64,000 nt of DNA from a virus (IMGVR_UViG_3300015372_000001:16738-80737); one strand, 5' to 3'; positions 1 through 9,355 are shown, counted from the first letter of the stretch. Notes: generated by a model not told the origin, from the letters alone. Translations and numbers: made by a program.

Positions 1-2493
1 GTCGCCGACTACCACCGCAGCATGACCCGGGCCTGGGACGACTTCCACCTCCAGCGGAACCGCCAGGAGGAGGACTACCGGCACCAGATCGAGGTAACCG
101 CCCAGCAGCAGGCCATCGGGATGAACCTCTACCAGCGGGTGGACACCCAGCGCACCTCGAGCGCGACCTGGCTGCTGAGCAACACCCAGGACATCTTGTC
201 CCGGCTGCGCGAGCAGAAGCAGAACCTGAACAAGCTGCGCGAGCTGGGCTTCTCCGACGCAGTGATCCAGCAGCTGCAGCTGACCGACCCGTCCAACGCC
301 CAGGAGCTGTCCCGGTTCGTCGCCGAGGTCGAGCGGGACCGCAGCATGGTGGGCAAGTTCAACCGGACCGCCCGGCGGCTGCAGGGAGCCACCAAGGCGC
401 TGGGCACCGATGAGTCCAACCTGGACTTCCAGGAGATGCAGCGCCAGTTCCGGCTGTCGCGCACTCGTGGCCTGGCCGACATGAACCGGTCGATGGACCG
501 GCAGCGCTCGGACTTCCGGCGTGGTCTTCACCAGCAGCGTGAGGACTTCAACATCATGATGGACCAGCAGGCCGAGGACTACACCACCCAGATGAACCGG
601 CAGGAGAAGCAGTACCGGACCACCATGCACCGGGCCGCGGTGGACATGTCTCACATGGCCGACGAGATCACCGGGTCGATCGAGTCGGTGCTGGTCCGGG
701 CGCACCGGAGGCTGACCGGCAGCGCCAAGGAGCAGGCCGGGATCGCGCTGCAGTCCTTCCGCGACCTGAAGCGAGACTCCTCGGCCGAGGCGGTCGCGCT
801 GATGACCGAGCTGGCCGACATCTTCGGGTTCAAGTACACCGCGCCGAAGGGCGCGAAGGACACCGGCTCCTCCGGCTCCTCCGGACCTGCGCCGGGGAAC
901 GCCACCTCCGCAGACATGGGCTCTGCCGGGTACAGCGCGACTGCGGGGCAGACCTACTACGCCGGCGGCTACGGCGGGCCGAGCGGCGGGCTGCCGAACT
1001 CCGGGATGAACCAGGGCGGTGTGGTGCCCGGCTACACCCCGGACCGGGACACCCACACGATCGCGGTCGGCGGCGGCGAGGCGATCATGCGGCCGGAGTG
1101 GGTCCGGGCGATCGGCGGGGAGAAGGCGATCGCGGCGATGAACCACGCCGCCAAGTACGGCAAGGTGGTCGTCCAGGAGGGCTTCGCCGCCGGTGGGGTG
1201 GTCAACCCCGACCGCCGGGTCTACATGGACGGCGAGCCGCTGTCGAAGATCGCCGCCGCCCAGGTGCTGCTGGCCGAGAAGCTGTCCAAGCTGAACTTCT
1301 CGATCATGCAGGGCTCCTGGCAGCCCTACTCCAGCTACTCCGGCTCCTCCCACATGGGACCGGGTGTGTTGGACGCGGCACCTGGTGACTTCACCACCCA
1401 GTACTGGCTGCGCCGAGTCGGGTTCGCGGCCTGGGGCCGCAACTTCCCCGGTGCCGCCACCGCCGGCTCGGGCGCGCACGTCCACGCGGTCTCCCGGATC
1501 GATCCTGGTGCCTCCGGCCACGCCCAGCTGTCTTCCTTCGCCCGGGGCGAGGACGGCCTGGGCGGCCCGGACTACGGCCCGAACCCGCCGCTGGAGCCGG
1601 GGCTGATGCAGATGCTGGCCCAGTTCGGTGACCTGGCGCTCTCCACCGGCTCACCCAGCGGCGGAGCCGCGATGAAGCCGCGCGAGGTCCGGCGGATGGT
1701 GCAGCGGCAGGTGCTCAAGGACATGTACGCGCGCGCCGAGCGTTCGGCCGCGCACATGTCCGGGGTACACCCGCTGAAGCCGGGGATGATCTCGACCATC
1801 ATCAACCGGTTCGCCAAGCACAAGATCCGGGAGATGGTGCACAAGTACGGGGGAGTCAGCGGAGCTCCTCCGGGTGCGGTCCTCGAGCCCACCGTGGCTG
1901 CGGCCCAGAAGTTCGCCCGGTCACACCTGGCTGACTACGGCTGGGGTGGCGGCCAGATGTCCCCGCTGGTGAACCTGTGGAACCGGGAGTCCGGCTGGCA
2001 CTGGAACGCCGACAACCCGAACTCCTCGGCCTACGGCATCCCGCAGGCGCTGCCCGGCTCGAAGATGGCCAGCGCGGGCGCGGACTGGAAGACCAACGCA
2101 GCCACCCAGGTCAAGTGGGGTCTGGGCTACATCAAGGACCGGTACGGCTCGCCCGCGGCTGCCTGGGCGCACAGCAACGCCTACAACTGGTACGGCGACG
2201 GGGCGATGTTCGACCGGCCCAACGTGATCGGCGTGGGCGAGCGGGGACCGGAGGCGGTGATCCCGCTGAACGACGCTGGCGGGGAGTTCCTGGCCCGCTC
2301 GATCGGGCTGTCCACCCTGGCCGGGCACGGCGGGAGCATGAGCGTGCACAACTACCGGATCGACCGGTCCACCAACTTCACCGGGCCGATCACGGTCCAG
2401 GCCAACGACCCGAACGAGCTGCTGGCCAAGCTGCAGGCGCGCCAGCGGGTTCGCGCGCTGTCTCGGCCCTCCCTGACAGGATCAGCGGCATGA
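1..2493 (+). CDS. Tape measure protein, C-terminal part (5' end outside window), with peptidase-like and lytic transglycosylase domains
   Basis: Long helical Q/R/E-rich ORF; GGGEAIM and GERGPEAVIPL motifs typical of tape measures; SLT-type domain LWNRESGW...AYGIPQALPGSKM...YIKDRYGSP (~1960-2195); followed by minor tail genes. Confidence 0.9.
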   Translation, partial: VADYHRSMTRAWDDFHLQRNRQEEDYRHQIEVTAQQQAIGMNLYQRVDTQRTSSATWLLSNTQDILSRLREQKQNLNKLRELGFSDAVIQQLQLTDPSNAQELSRFVAEVERDRSMVGKFNRTARRLQGATKALGTDESNLDFQEMQRQFRLSRTRGLADMNRSMDRQRSDFRRGLHQQREDFNIMMDQQAEDYTTQMNRQEKQYRTTMHRAAVDMSHMADEITGSIESVLVRAHRRLTGSAKEQAGIALQSFRDLKRDSSAEAVALMTELADIFGFKYTAPKGAKDTGSSGSSGPAPGNATSADMGSAGYSATAGQTYYAGGYGGPSGGLPNSGMNQGGVVPGYTPDRDTHTIAVGGGEAIMRPEWVRAIGGEKAIAAMNHAAKYGKVVVQEGFAAGGVVNPDRRVYMDGEPLSKIAAAQVLLAEKLSKLNFSIMQGSWQPYSSYSGSSHMGPGVLDAAPGDFTTQYWLRRVGFAAWGRNFPGAATAGSGAHVHAVSRIDPGASGHAQLSSFARGEDGLGGPDYGPNPPLEPGLMQMLAQFGDLALSTGSPSGGAAMKPREVRRMVQRQVLKDMYARAERSAAHMSGVHPLKPGMISTIINRFAKHKIREMVHKYGGVSGAPPGAVLEPTVAAAQKFARSHLADYGWGGGQMSPLVNLWNRESGWHWNADNPNSSAYGIPQALPGSKMASAGADWKTNAATQVKWGLGYIKDRYGSPAAAWAHSNAYNWYGDGAMFDRPNVIGVGERGPEAVIPLNDAGGEFLARSIGLSTLAGHGGSMSVHNYRIDRSTNFTGPITVQANDPNELLAKLQARQRVRALSRPSLTGSAA

Positions 2494-2969
2494 CCACCAG
2501 AGCCAGGCCCTTCGTCGCCGAGGAACGCACCGGGCTGAACTACCTGGCGGTGGAGATCTCCTACGGCTCGAGGTGGGTCAACCTCAACGACGGCGAGGTC
2601 TACAAGATCAGTGCCGACCAGACCCGGGAGACCACCACCAAGACCTGGCGGAAGACGGTGGCCGACTCCCCGGTGCTGGGCGGCAACTACCTGATCCACG
2701 CGGTGCCGGACATGGTGACCGAGACGGTCGGGGTCTGGGTCTACGGCCGCAGCCAGTCCGAGGTGGCCGACAACCTGTTCGGGCTGACCCGGCTGTTCGA
2801 GCAGTACGACTACCGGATCCGGTGGACCACCGATGACTACCGGGAGTACTGGCGCTGCCAGCTGGCCGAGGCGGCGACGAGCCGGGGCCAGGTCTGGACC
2901 CACAGCCAGATGGCGGCCGCGCACTTCACCGTCCCGCGCTACCCGGACGTGACCCGGGAGCGGATCTGA
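2490..2969 (+). CDS. Minor tail protein (distal-tail position), 159 aa
   Basis: ATG at 2490 overlaps the tape measure TGA (ATGA); position directly after tape measure; the longer 1977 start is a shadow extension. Confidence 0.7.
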   Translation: MTTRARPFVAEERTGLNYLAVEISYGSRWVNLNDGEVYKISADQTRETTTKTWRKTVADSPVLGGNYLIHAVPDMVTETVGVWVYGRSQSEVADNLFGLTRLFEQYDYRIRWTTDDYREYWRCQLAEAATSRGQVWTHSQMAAAHFTVPRYPDVTRERI

Positions 2970-3427
2970 TGGCGGGCCGCTTGACGATCTGGGGTGCCGG
3001 TGAGCTGCTGACCACCTTCTTCGGCAACCTCGATGCCGCCAAGGACCCGCCATCCGCGTTCTACCTTGCCCTGGTCCGGCTTATCGCTCCCACACCGTAC
3101 ATGTCCGGGGCCGAGCTGGACGAGCCGGACGCCTCGGACTACGCCCGGGTGCGGGTACCCAACGACACGCTGAACTGGGCCAACCCGTCCAGCCCTCAGG
3201 CGATCGCCAACCTGATGGACGTGTCCTTCGTCCCGGCGGTCACCGACTGGGGCGAGTGCCGGTACTGGGCGCTGTGCAACGCATCCACCGAGGGGTTCAA
3301 CTACCTGGTCGGTGATCTGGAGTCCCCGATCCTGGTCGTGGCCGGAGACACCGTGGTGGTCTCCGACGGCGACCTGGGTGTCACCCTGGGCCCGTTCTAC
3401 ATGGCCGACGACGAGGATGACGCCTGA
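2969..3427 (+). CDS. Phage tail protein
   Basis: YLAL...YARV...WG...A..NA..G.N.L..G.L pattern of a common siphovirus tail family; TGATG coupling. Confidence 0.7.
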   Translation: MAGRLTIWGAGELLTTFFGNLDAAKDPPSAFYLALVRLIAPTPYMSGAELDEPDASDYARVRVPNDTLNWANPSSPQAIANLMDVSFVPAVTDWGECRYWALCNASTEGFNYLVGDLESPILVVAGDTVVVSDGDLGVTLGPFYMADDEDDA

Positions 3428-4410
3428 TGGCGACCAAGCAGATGAAGCCCGGCTCGACCGCGATCGTCGCCCGGGCGATCACCAAGGCCGGGGTGGTGCC
3501 GCCGCAGATCCGGGACCTCCCCGGCGGGCTGTACCCGCTGCACTCGGCCGCCTTCGAGATGGACGAGTACCGGATCATGGCGGGCTGGCCGGTGCCGGTG
3601 CCGGCCTACGACATCCGGATCCAGACTCTGATGAGCGCCGACGGCACCGTGATCGCGGACCGGGACTCGCCCACCTCGCTGGTCACTGGGGCCGACTTCC
3701 GGTGGATCGCGGACAACAACTACTGGGACACCACCTCGCTGCGCTGGGCCCCGATCCAGGGTCAGGCCCCGCCGTGGTCGGCGATGCCGGGCACCGAGCC
3801 GACCCTGATCACCAACTACTCCTACACCGTGGCCGACGAGCGGTTCACCGAGATGACCTGCCTGAACTTCGACTCCGACACCGCCGACTACCTGGTCAAC
3901 GACCTGACCCTGACCATGGGCGGGATCCAGGGCTACACCATGATCATGGTGCTCAGCCCGAACTCGGTGTACGGCAACAACGCCGACGTGCCGGCCAACG
4001 GCCTGCTCGGTCCGGCGGAGAACACCGACTCCCCGCCGGGCTGGTTCAGCCTGAAGATCCAGGGCAACTACCTGTGGCTGGACTCCGACGACTCCACCGA
4101 CCAGCGCGGGGTCTCGATCGGGGTCGGTCAGCGGACCAACGCTCCGATGTTCCTCGCGATCGTGCTGGGACGCCCTCAGGCGGTCATGTACGCCGCCTCA
4201 GGGCCTTCCAGCCTGCTGAGCAAGAAGATCCCCACCGGGGATGTCGAACGGGCCCTGAGGGGCGACTTCTGGCTCGGCAAGACCCCACTGACGCCGGCCA
4301 CCGCGGACATGGCGCTGTTCGACTTCGGGATCTACGGCAACATGCTCTCTCCGGCCGCGATCGGGGCCGAGTTCGCGGCGCTGTCCTCGATCTACGGCGG
4401 AGACACATGA
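3427..4410 (+). CDS. Minor tail protein (beta-rich)
   Basis: 327 aa, TGATG coupled, within tail module. Confidence 0.65.
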   Translation: MATKQMKPGSTAIVARAITKAGVVPPQIRDLPGGLYPLHSAAFEMDEYRIMAGWPVPVPAYDIRIQTLMSADGTVIADRDSPTSLVTGADFRWIADNNYWDTTSLRWAPIQGQAPPWSAMPGTEPTLITNYSYTVADERFTEMTCLNFDSDTADYLVNDLTLTMGGIQGYTMIMVLSPNSVYGNNADVPANGLLGPAENTDSPPGWFSLKIQGNYLWLDSDDSTDQRGVSIGVGQRTNAPMFLAIVLGRPQAVMYAASGPSSLLSKKIPTGDVERALRGDFWLGKTPLTPATADMALFDFGIYGNMLSPAAIGAEFAALSSIYGGDT

Positions 4411-6683
4411 CCACGACCGAGAGCACCACCTTGACCGCGGTGGCCAGCGAGCAGGTGCCGCTGGGCTACTACCGGGTCTTCGCCCAGCCGCCGGGCGGCC
4501 ACCGGCGGGAGATCACCATCTTCCGAGGCGCGCCGGTCCGGCTGATGTCGGCGACCACCCAGGACCCGTTCACCGAGGTCAACGCGCAGATCGCCCTGCC
4601 CCAGGTCACGCTCTTCGACAACCCGGGTTCTGGCGACCTGGACTGGCTGGTGGCCGACTGCGACATCGACATCGAGTTCCAGAACACCGGGGCCTACGAC
4701 TTCAGGTGGTCCTGGGAGGGCTACGTCGCCTCGTTCAGCTACAGCCTGTCCGGGAGCGACTCGCTGGTCACCATCGACCTGAAGGGTGCCTTCTACGGGC
4801 TGGACGACTACCTGGCGATCCCGTCCTTCCCGCGCCGTCCGATCCCGTACGAGATCCTGATCGCCCGGGCCTTCGACCAGACCCTGCACCCCTCCCGGCT
4901 GGGCAGCTTCCGGATGGAGTTCCCGAGGTGGTGGTCGAATCGGGTGCCGGAGTTCAACGACCCCGACTACCTGGTCGCACTGAAGCCGTTCGGGGTGACC
5001 ACCAACCAGCTCTGGACCGGGTTCACCTCCCGCTCCACCGGGACCTGGGAGGTGCTGCTGACCGGGCACGTCCAGTCCCTGCTCAGCGTGATGTACACCG
5101 CCGGCGGAGCGCAGTGGAGCATCCGGAACCGGGGCAAGCGCCGGGGGGAGCTGTACCTGCGGCAGATCCCGGCGGCCACCAGCGACAACATCATCGAGAT
5201 CTACCTGGGCGCGCCCGGGGTGAGCTTCGAGGGCACCCGGGACTACACCCAGCGAGCCGGGGTGATCTACGGCTCCGGCTCGGACGAGGCCGCGATCACC
5301 TTCTCCAACATGCAGGTCACCCCGGACGGGCGGACCACCTACTTCAAGCCGTTCGCCTACTCCGCCCGGCAGTGGCCGCGCAAGGGCAACCCGATGTACG
5401 ACAAGCGGGTCAAGCCCAAGGAGACGATGATCCAGTTCCAGCAGGGGATGGACGAGCTCGCCGCGACCAAGGTGGCCCAGGCCCAGTACCAGCGGTTCGC
5501 CGAGCCCGGGCTCACCGGGTCGATCACCCTGCTCACCGACCCCCGGTACTCCGACGGCTCGCTGTGCCCGCGGCTGATGATCCGGGCCGGGTCCACCATC
5601 CGGCTGAACGGGATGCTCGGGGTCAAGGAGGGAATCCTGGCCCACGTCACCCAGGCGGTGGCGGACTTCCAGTCGCTGAGCGTGTCGCTGACCTACGACA
5701 CCAAGTACCGCGACCAGCTGACCATCGAGGAGGTGCGGGCTCGGACCAGGGACTCCCTGAACCCGGTGCACGCGCTGCAGGTCGGCAAGTACCAGAACAC
5801 CATCAACGATCTGATCATCCCGTGGGACTACAGGGCCGGAAGCGGGATCATCCCGACCCCGGCCAAGGAGTTCTTCGCCCAGAAGCTGCCCTCGAGCGCG
5901 ACCTTCCCGTTCGAGGAGTGGACCCGCAAGCACCCGCCGAAGGACCCGGAGAGCGCGCCGTACTACATCCGGATCGGGCCGACCGACGTGAACAACTCCA
6001 GCAACAACTGGTCCGGGGTGGTCCGGGAGAACAGGATGACCATGGCCATCCCGATCCGGATGGGCCAGGCCGGGACGATCCGGCTCACCCAGCTGGCGGC
6101 GTACGACCGGGACGGCAACGTGATGCCGGTGAAGTTCCACTTCAGCGTCTACTACGGCAACGCCACGGCCGCGGACGGGATGCCGAAGTTCCCGCTGGAC
6201 CCGTACCACAACGCCGACCCGGACCCGGACAAGATCGCCCCGGACTGGCGGCGGCCGCGGAAGCCGGTGACCGCGGAGATCATCCCGACCAACTACAAGA
6301 CCTTCCAGGCCAACCCGTTCTACAAGGGAGCCTGGGAGCAGGTGCAGGAGGACGGCACCGTGTTCCCCTGGTCCGCCGACTCCAACCTGCCCACTCCCGG
6401 CTCGGGGCTGGTGGTCGGCTGGGGCAACTACTACGAGCCGGCCGGGTACTCCCCGGGCCGGGCCAGCAAGGGAGCCGCACGGACCGGACTGCTCCAGGAC
6501 GACACGGCCTGGACCTGGGACGTGGCCCAGACCCAGAACATCGACTTCCAGAACCCTGAGAACAACGTGAACGAGCAGTACATCGGGATGCTCTTCGTCC
6601 AGATCTACTGCGACGACCAGGACGACAAGGCGGTCTTCTTCATGGGCCGGCTGATCCGTAGCGATCCCGGGCAGACCAACTAG
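4407..6683 (+). CDS. Large minor tail / baseplate hub-like protein, 758 aa
   Basis: ATG 4407 overlaps previous TGA (MTTTESTT...); size and position; the 3312 upstream extension is a shadow of the preceding gene. Confidence 0.7.
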   Translation: MTTTESTTLTAVASEQVPLGYYRVFAQPPGGHRREITIFRGAPVRLMSATTQDPFTEVNAQIALPQVTLFDNPGSGDLDWLVADCDIDIEFQNTGAYDFRWSWEGYVASFSYSLSGSDSLVTIDLKGAFYGLDDYLAIPSFPRRPIPYEILIARAFDQTLHPSRLGSFRMEFPRWWSNRVPEFNDPDYLVALKPFGVTTNQLWTGFTSRSTGTWEVLLTGHVQSLLSVMYTAGGAQWSIRNRGKRRGELYLRQIPAATSDNIIEIYLGAPGVSFEGTRDYTQRAGVIYGSGSDEAAITFSNMQVTPDGRTTYFKPFAYSARQWPRKGNPMYDKRVKPKETMIQFQQGMDELAATKVAQAQYQRFAEPGLTGSITLLTDPRYSDGSLCPRLMIRAGSTIRLNGMLGVKEGILAHVTQAVADFQSLSVSLTYDTKYRDQLTIEEVRARTRDSLNPVHALQVGKYQNTINDLIIPWDYRAGSGIIPTPAKEFFAQKLPSSATFPFEEWTRKHPPKDPESAPYYIRIGPTDVNNSSNNWSGVVRENRMTMAIPIRMGQAGTIRLTQLAAYDRDGNVMPVKFHFSVYYGNATAADGMPKFPLDPYHNADPDPDKIAPDWRRPRKPVTAEIIPTNYKTFQANPFYKGAWEQVQEDGTVFPWSADSNLPTPGSGLVVGWGNYYEPAGYSPGRASKGAARTGLLQDDTAWTWDVAQTQNIDFQNPENNVNEQYIGMLFVQIYCDDQDDKAVFFMGRLIRSDPGQTN

Positions 6684-6691
6684 GAGGAGCC

Positions 6692-7054
6692 GTGGACGGC
6701 ACCATCACCGATGCCCAGGTGCACCTGTGGCTGCAGGACATCGCGGACAGTGGTTATGTCAGCCTGCACTTCGACACCCCGGCGCTGGGCGGGCTGACCG
6801 CGGCCGAGATCTCCGGCGGCGGCTACCAGCGGTTCAAGATGAGCTGGTCGAACCCGGACAACCGGGCGATCTGGAGCGTGGTGGACGCCCGGTTCACCGG
6901 GCTGGTGCAGACCAAGGTCACCTACTTCGGGGTCTGGGACAAGCTGACCAAGGGCATGCTGATGGCCTACACCGAGCTGGCCACCCCGGTGGCGATCCTG
7001 AACGGCAAGGGCTTCGTGATCCCGAAGGGCCAGATCGCGGTCAGCATGGGCTAG
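6692..7054 (+). CDS. Phage tail protein, probable paralog of 2969..3427
   Basis: AGGAG RBS; SLH...EISGGGYQR...FGVWD..TKG pattern similar to 2969..3427. Confidence 0.7.
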   Translation: MDGTITDAQVHLWLQDIADSGYVSLHFDTPALGGLTAAEISGGGYQRFKMSWSNPDNRAIWSVVDARFTGLVQTKVTYFGVWDKLTKGMLMAYTELATPVAILNGKGFVIPKGQIAVSMG

Positions 7055-7196
7055 CCTGTGGGCGAAGTTGAAGTGCCCGCGCGTGGTACGCCGTGCGCCG
7101 GCCCTGGGCAAGCCGGGACCTTCTGGTCGTGAACCCCTCCTCCGGGAGGGGTTCTCCGTCTATTCACTCCATTCACTCTGGTCACATCGAGGGCAT

Positions 7197-7252
7197 AAAA
7201 AAAGACCCGTTGGGGGCCGCCCTGCCCGAAGGCAGAGCGACCCCCTCGGGTC
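7197..7252 (-). terminator. Intrinsic terminator ending the leftward accessory arm
   Basis: Minus strand: GACCCG-GGGGG..CTGCC-TTCG-GGCAG..CCCCC-CGGGTC long hairpin with cUUCGg loop followed by T7. Confidence 0.85.
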
Positions 7253-7365
7253 CCTACAGGTTCCACCAAGATCGGTGTCCCCATGATTGCCCCGGTGCTG
7301 ATCCCCCGATTCAGCGGTGGGGCGAGCCCCCTCCCCCTACATGCGCAATGGGGGGAGGGGACGGT

Positions 7366-8532
7366 TCAGGCCGCACGCTCCAGGATCGGAACGTCCGGGT
7401 GTCGGCAGACCTGCGGAGAAGACCAGTTCCCGGTGTTCCGGAAGTGCTCCTCGTCGGCCATGATCGCCAGCAGCTGACCCACCCAGCCATCGGCCAAGGG
7501 TAGGACCCGACCGTCCGCTTCCCGCATTCCGGGAGCGACGCAGATCCGGCCCAGCCGGCAGCCGTGCTGATCGACCTGCACGATGTTGCCGTGCACGCCG
7601 TTCTGCAGGGTGTCGATCTCATACATCCCACCCTGCGAGCCCCTCACCGGGATGATGTGGCGGTCCCGGAGCGACTGCTTCTGCTCGGGTGTGAGCAGCA
7701 TCTGGAGCAGCTCACCGCCCCGAGCCTCGGCCATGATCCTGGCCTCCTGCGCGGCGGCGTAGCGCTGCTCCTGCTCGAGCGCCCGACGGGCACGCTCCTC
7801 GCGAGCGCGCTGCTCACGATCGGCGAACTCCTGCAACTGCTCGGCCGTGGGCACGGTGCGCTGCTGGATCACCCGCCACTGCTCGGCGACGTGCCGGGCA
7901 GCCTCGCCGGCGTGGGTCAGGGCGTCGCCCATCTGGTGCCAGCCCACATCCCAGGTGACCCCGGTCCCCTCGAAGCGGGCCATGTCCTCGTCGGCGATGG
8001 TGGTGTAGGTACCGGTGGTGGTGTTGCCCACCGTCCACCCTGCCCACATCTCGTCTCTGGTCACGGTCCAATCTCCTATCGTGGTGGTGTTGTAGGCCGG
8101 ATGGGTCCAGGTGACTGTCGGATAAACCGCCGCCGTGACCGTGGTGTAGGTGTTCAGCGCGATCCGGTCCTGGGTGGCCTGGGTGAGGTCGTCCCAGCGA
8201 TACGGGTACGGGTTCTGCACCGGGTAGGTGATGGTGGTGTGGGTGTGGGTCGGGATGTCCCAGGCCCGACCGCCGTAGTGCCGGCCGACTCGCAGGTCGT
8301 TCCAGCCGTACGGCAGCCCCTCGAACCGGCCCCGGTTCCGCCGGACGTACTCGTCGTACTTGGTCTCCCGACCGTCCAACCCCCACTCCCGGAGCAGCCG
8401 AGCCCGCTCCCGGTGGGTGCGTCTGCCGTACAACTCTCGGCTGACGTTGCGCATGTCTCGGCACGGCCGATCCGGCTCGGAGTAGCACCTGGGACAGGCC
8501 ACACCCCAGACGTTCTTGATCCGGCCGGCCAT
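7366..8532 (-). CDS. Cys-motif family protein 1 (N-terminal Zn finger, Thr/Trp-rich linker, coiled coil, conserved C-terminal domain); candidate Ubl partner
   Basis: CPRC..EPDRPC..HRER N-terminus; C-terminus GRICVAP...LPLADGWVGQLLAIMADEEHF aligns with 20388..20909 and 21248..21631. Confidence 0.75.
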   Translation of the reverse strand: MAGRIKNVWGVACPRCYSEPDRPCRDMRNVSRELYGRRTHRERARLLREWGLDGRETKYDEYVRRNRGRFEGLPYGWNDLRVGRHYGGRAWDIPTHTHTTITYPVQNPYPYRWDDLTQATQDRIALNTYTTVTAAVYPTVTWTHPAYNTTTIGDWTVTRDEMWAGWTVGNTTTGTYTTIADEDMARFEGTGVTWDVGWHQMGDALTHAGEAARHVAEQWRVIQQRTVPTAEQLQEFADREQRAREERARRALEQEQRYAAAQEARIMAEARGGELLQMLLTPEQKQSLRDRHIIPVRGSQGGMYEIDTLQNGVHGNIVQVDQHGCRLGRICVAPGMREADGRVLPLADGWVGQLLAIMADEEHFRNTGNWSSPQVCRHPDVPILERAA

Positions 8533-8541
8533 CAGCCGCCC

Positions 8542-8859
8542 TCACGGACTGCCCGGATGAAGCAAGTGGTGGTGACTGGGACACAGCCACCGCACCTCCA
8601 ACGGCTTGGTGTAGTCGTCATGGTGTGCATCGGTCTTCTCCCTTCCGCAGACCTCGCACGGGCCTCTGACCAGCCGCCCAGACTTGAGGGCGGCGGCGAC
8701 CTTGTTGCGCGCAGCAACCTTGGTCCGGTCAGCCTGCTTGGCCTTCGCGAGTTGCTTCGCTCGAGTGCGTTGGTAGTAGCGCTGGCGAGCAGCCTTCACC
8801 TTGTCGGGGTTGGCCGCTCGCCAGGCTCGGTGGTACTCACGACGATCGGGAGGCGTAGC
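8542..8859 (-). CDS. HNH-type endonuclease, start unresolved
   Basis: CEVCG...AHHDDYTKPLEVRWLC..HH motif; frame is open and coding-like (REYHRAWRAANPDK) up to the stop of the upstream gene; first in-frame start is GTG 8799. Confidence 0.75.
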   Translation of the reverse strand, partial: ATPPDRREYHRAWRAANPDKVKAARQRYYQRTRAKQLAKAKQADRTKVAARNKVAAALKSGRLVRGPCEVCGREKTDAHHDDYTKPLEVRWLCPSHHHLLHPGSP

Positions 8860-9120
8860 TCAACCCCCTTGGAGTTGCTTCGTCATTATTATCTTCCCGG
8901 CCTGCGGGTCGAACTCGTGGATCACGGTGCCGGTCTTCTCCCCGGAGGTCTCGTCCACGGTGTAGGCGAGCATCCCCCGCTTCTTGGCCTTGTGGAAGGC
9001 CTCCCTGGCGACCTTCACCTCGTCCTCGATCCGGGGGTCCCACATGATCCGGGTGTCCCCGGTCGGGTCCGCGATCGAGAGCATGTTGCGGCCCTCGGGT
9101 CGGATTGCGGTGTCTGTCAT
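8860..9120 (-). CDS. Ubiquitin/ThiS-like small protein A with C-terminal Gly-Gly (86 aa)
   Basis: Ends KIIMTKQLQGG-stop; paralog of 20910..21170; AAGGA RBS; ORF is solid, Ubl call is inference. Confidence 0.7.
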   Translation of the reverse strand: MTDTAIRPEGRNMLSIADPTGDTRIMWDPRIEDEVKVAREAFHKAKKRGMLAYTVDETSGEKTGTVIHEFDPQAGKIIMTKQLQGG

Positions 9121-9133
9121 GCGATCTTCCTTT

Positions 9134-9355
9134 CTAGTTCCAGGGAAAGTTGTCCCTGAGGTACTGGATCCGGGCCTCCTCGGCGAGGTTGGCCAGGTGC
9201 TTGGTGTACTGGTGGCGCGTGTAGAGCCCGAACGCAGTGCAGACCACGGCCGCCGCCAGGTTCATCAGCGAGACCCAGTTCCACACCCACCAGGCGATGA
9301 ACAGGTTGAAGGCGGCCAGACCGAAGTCCATCAGTGCGATCCAGCGCCAGTGCAC
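9134..9355 (-). CDS. Small membrane protein
   Basis: Two hydrophobic segments; GAGG upstream. Confidence 0.6.
   Translation of the reverse strand: MHWRWIALMDFGLAAFNLFIAWWVWNWVSLMNLAAAVVCTAFGLYTRHQYTKHLANLAEEARIQYLRDNFPWN

Noticed and set aside
3312-4406. N-terminal 365 aa of the 1123-aa ORF
   Set aside because: Arg/Gly/Pro-rich off-frame shadow of 3427..4410; the real start is the coupled ATG at 4407.
8860-9120. Pup/UBact or ThiS/MoaD sulfur-carrier assignment for the GG proteins
   Set aside because: Pup ends GGE/GGQ and is disordered, whereas these end at GG and look folded; no thiamine, molybdopterin or cysteine synthesis genes are nearby. A sulfur-carrier role using host enzymes is not excluded.
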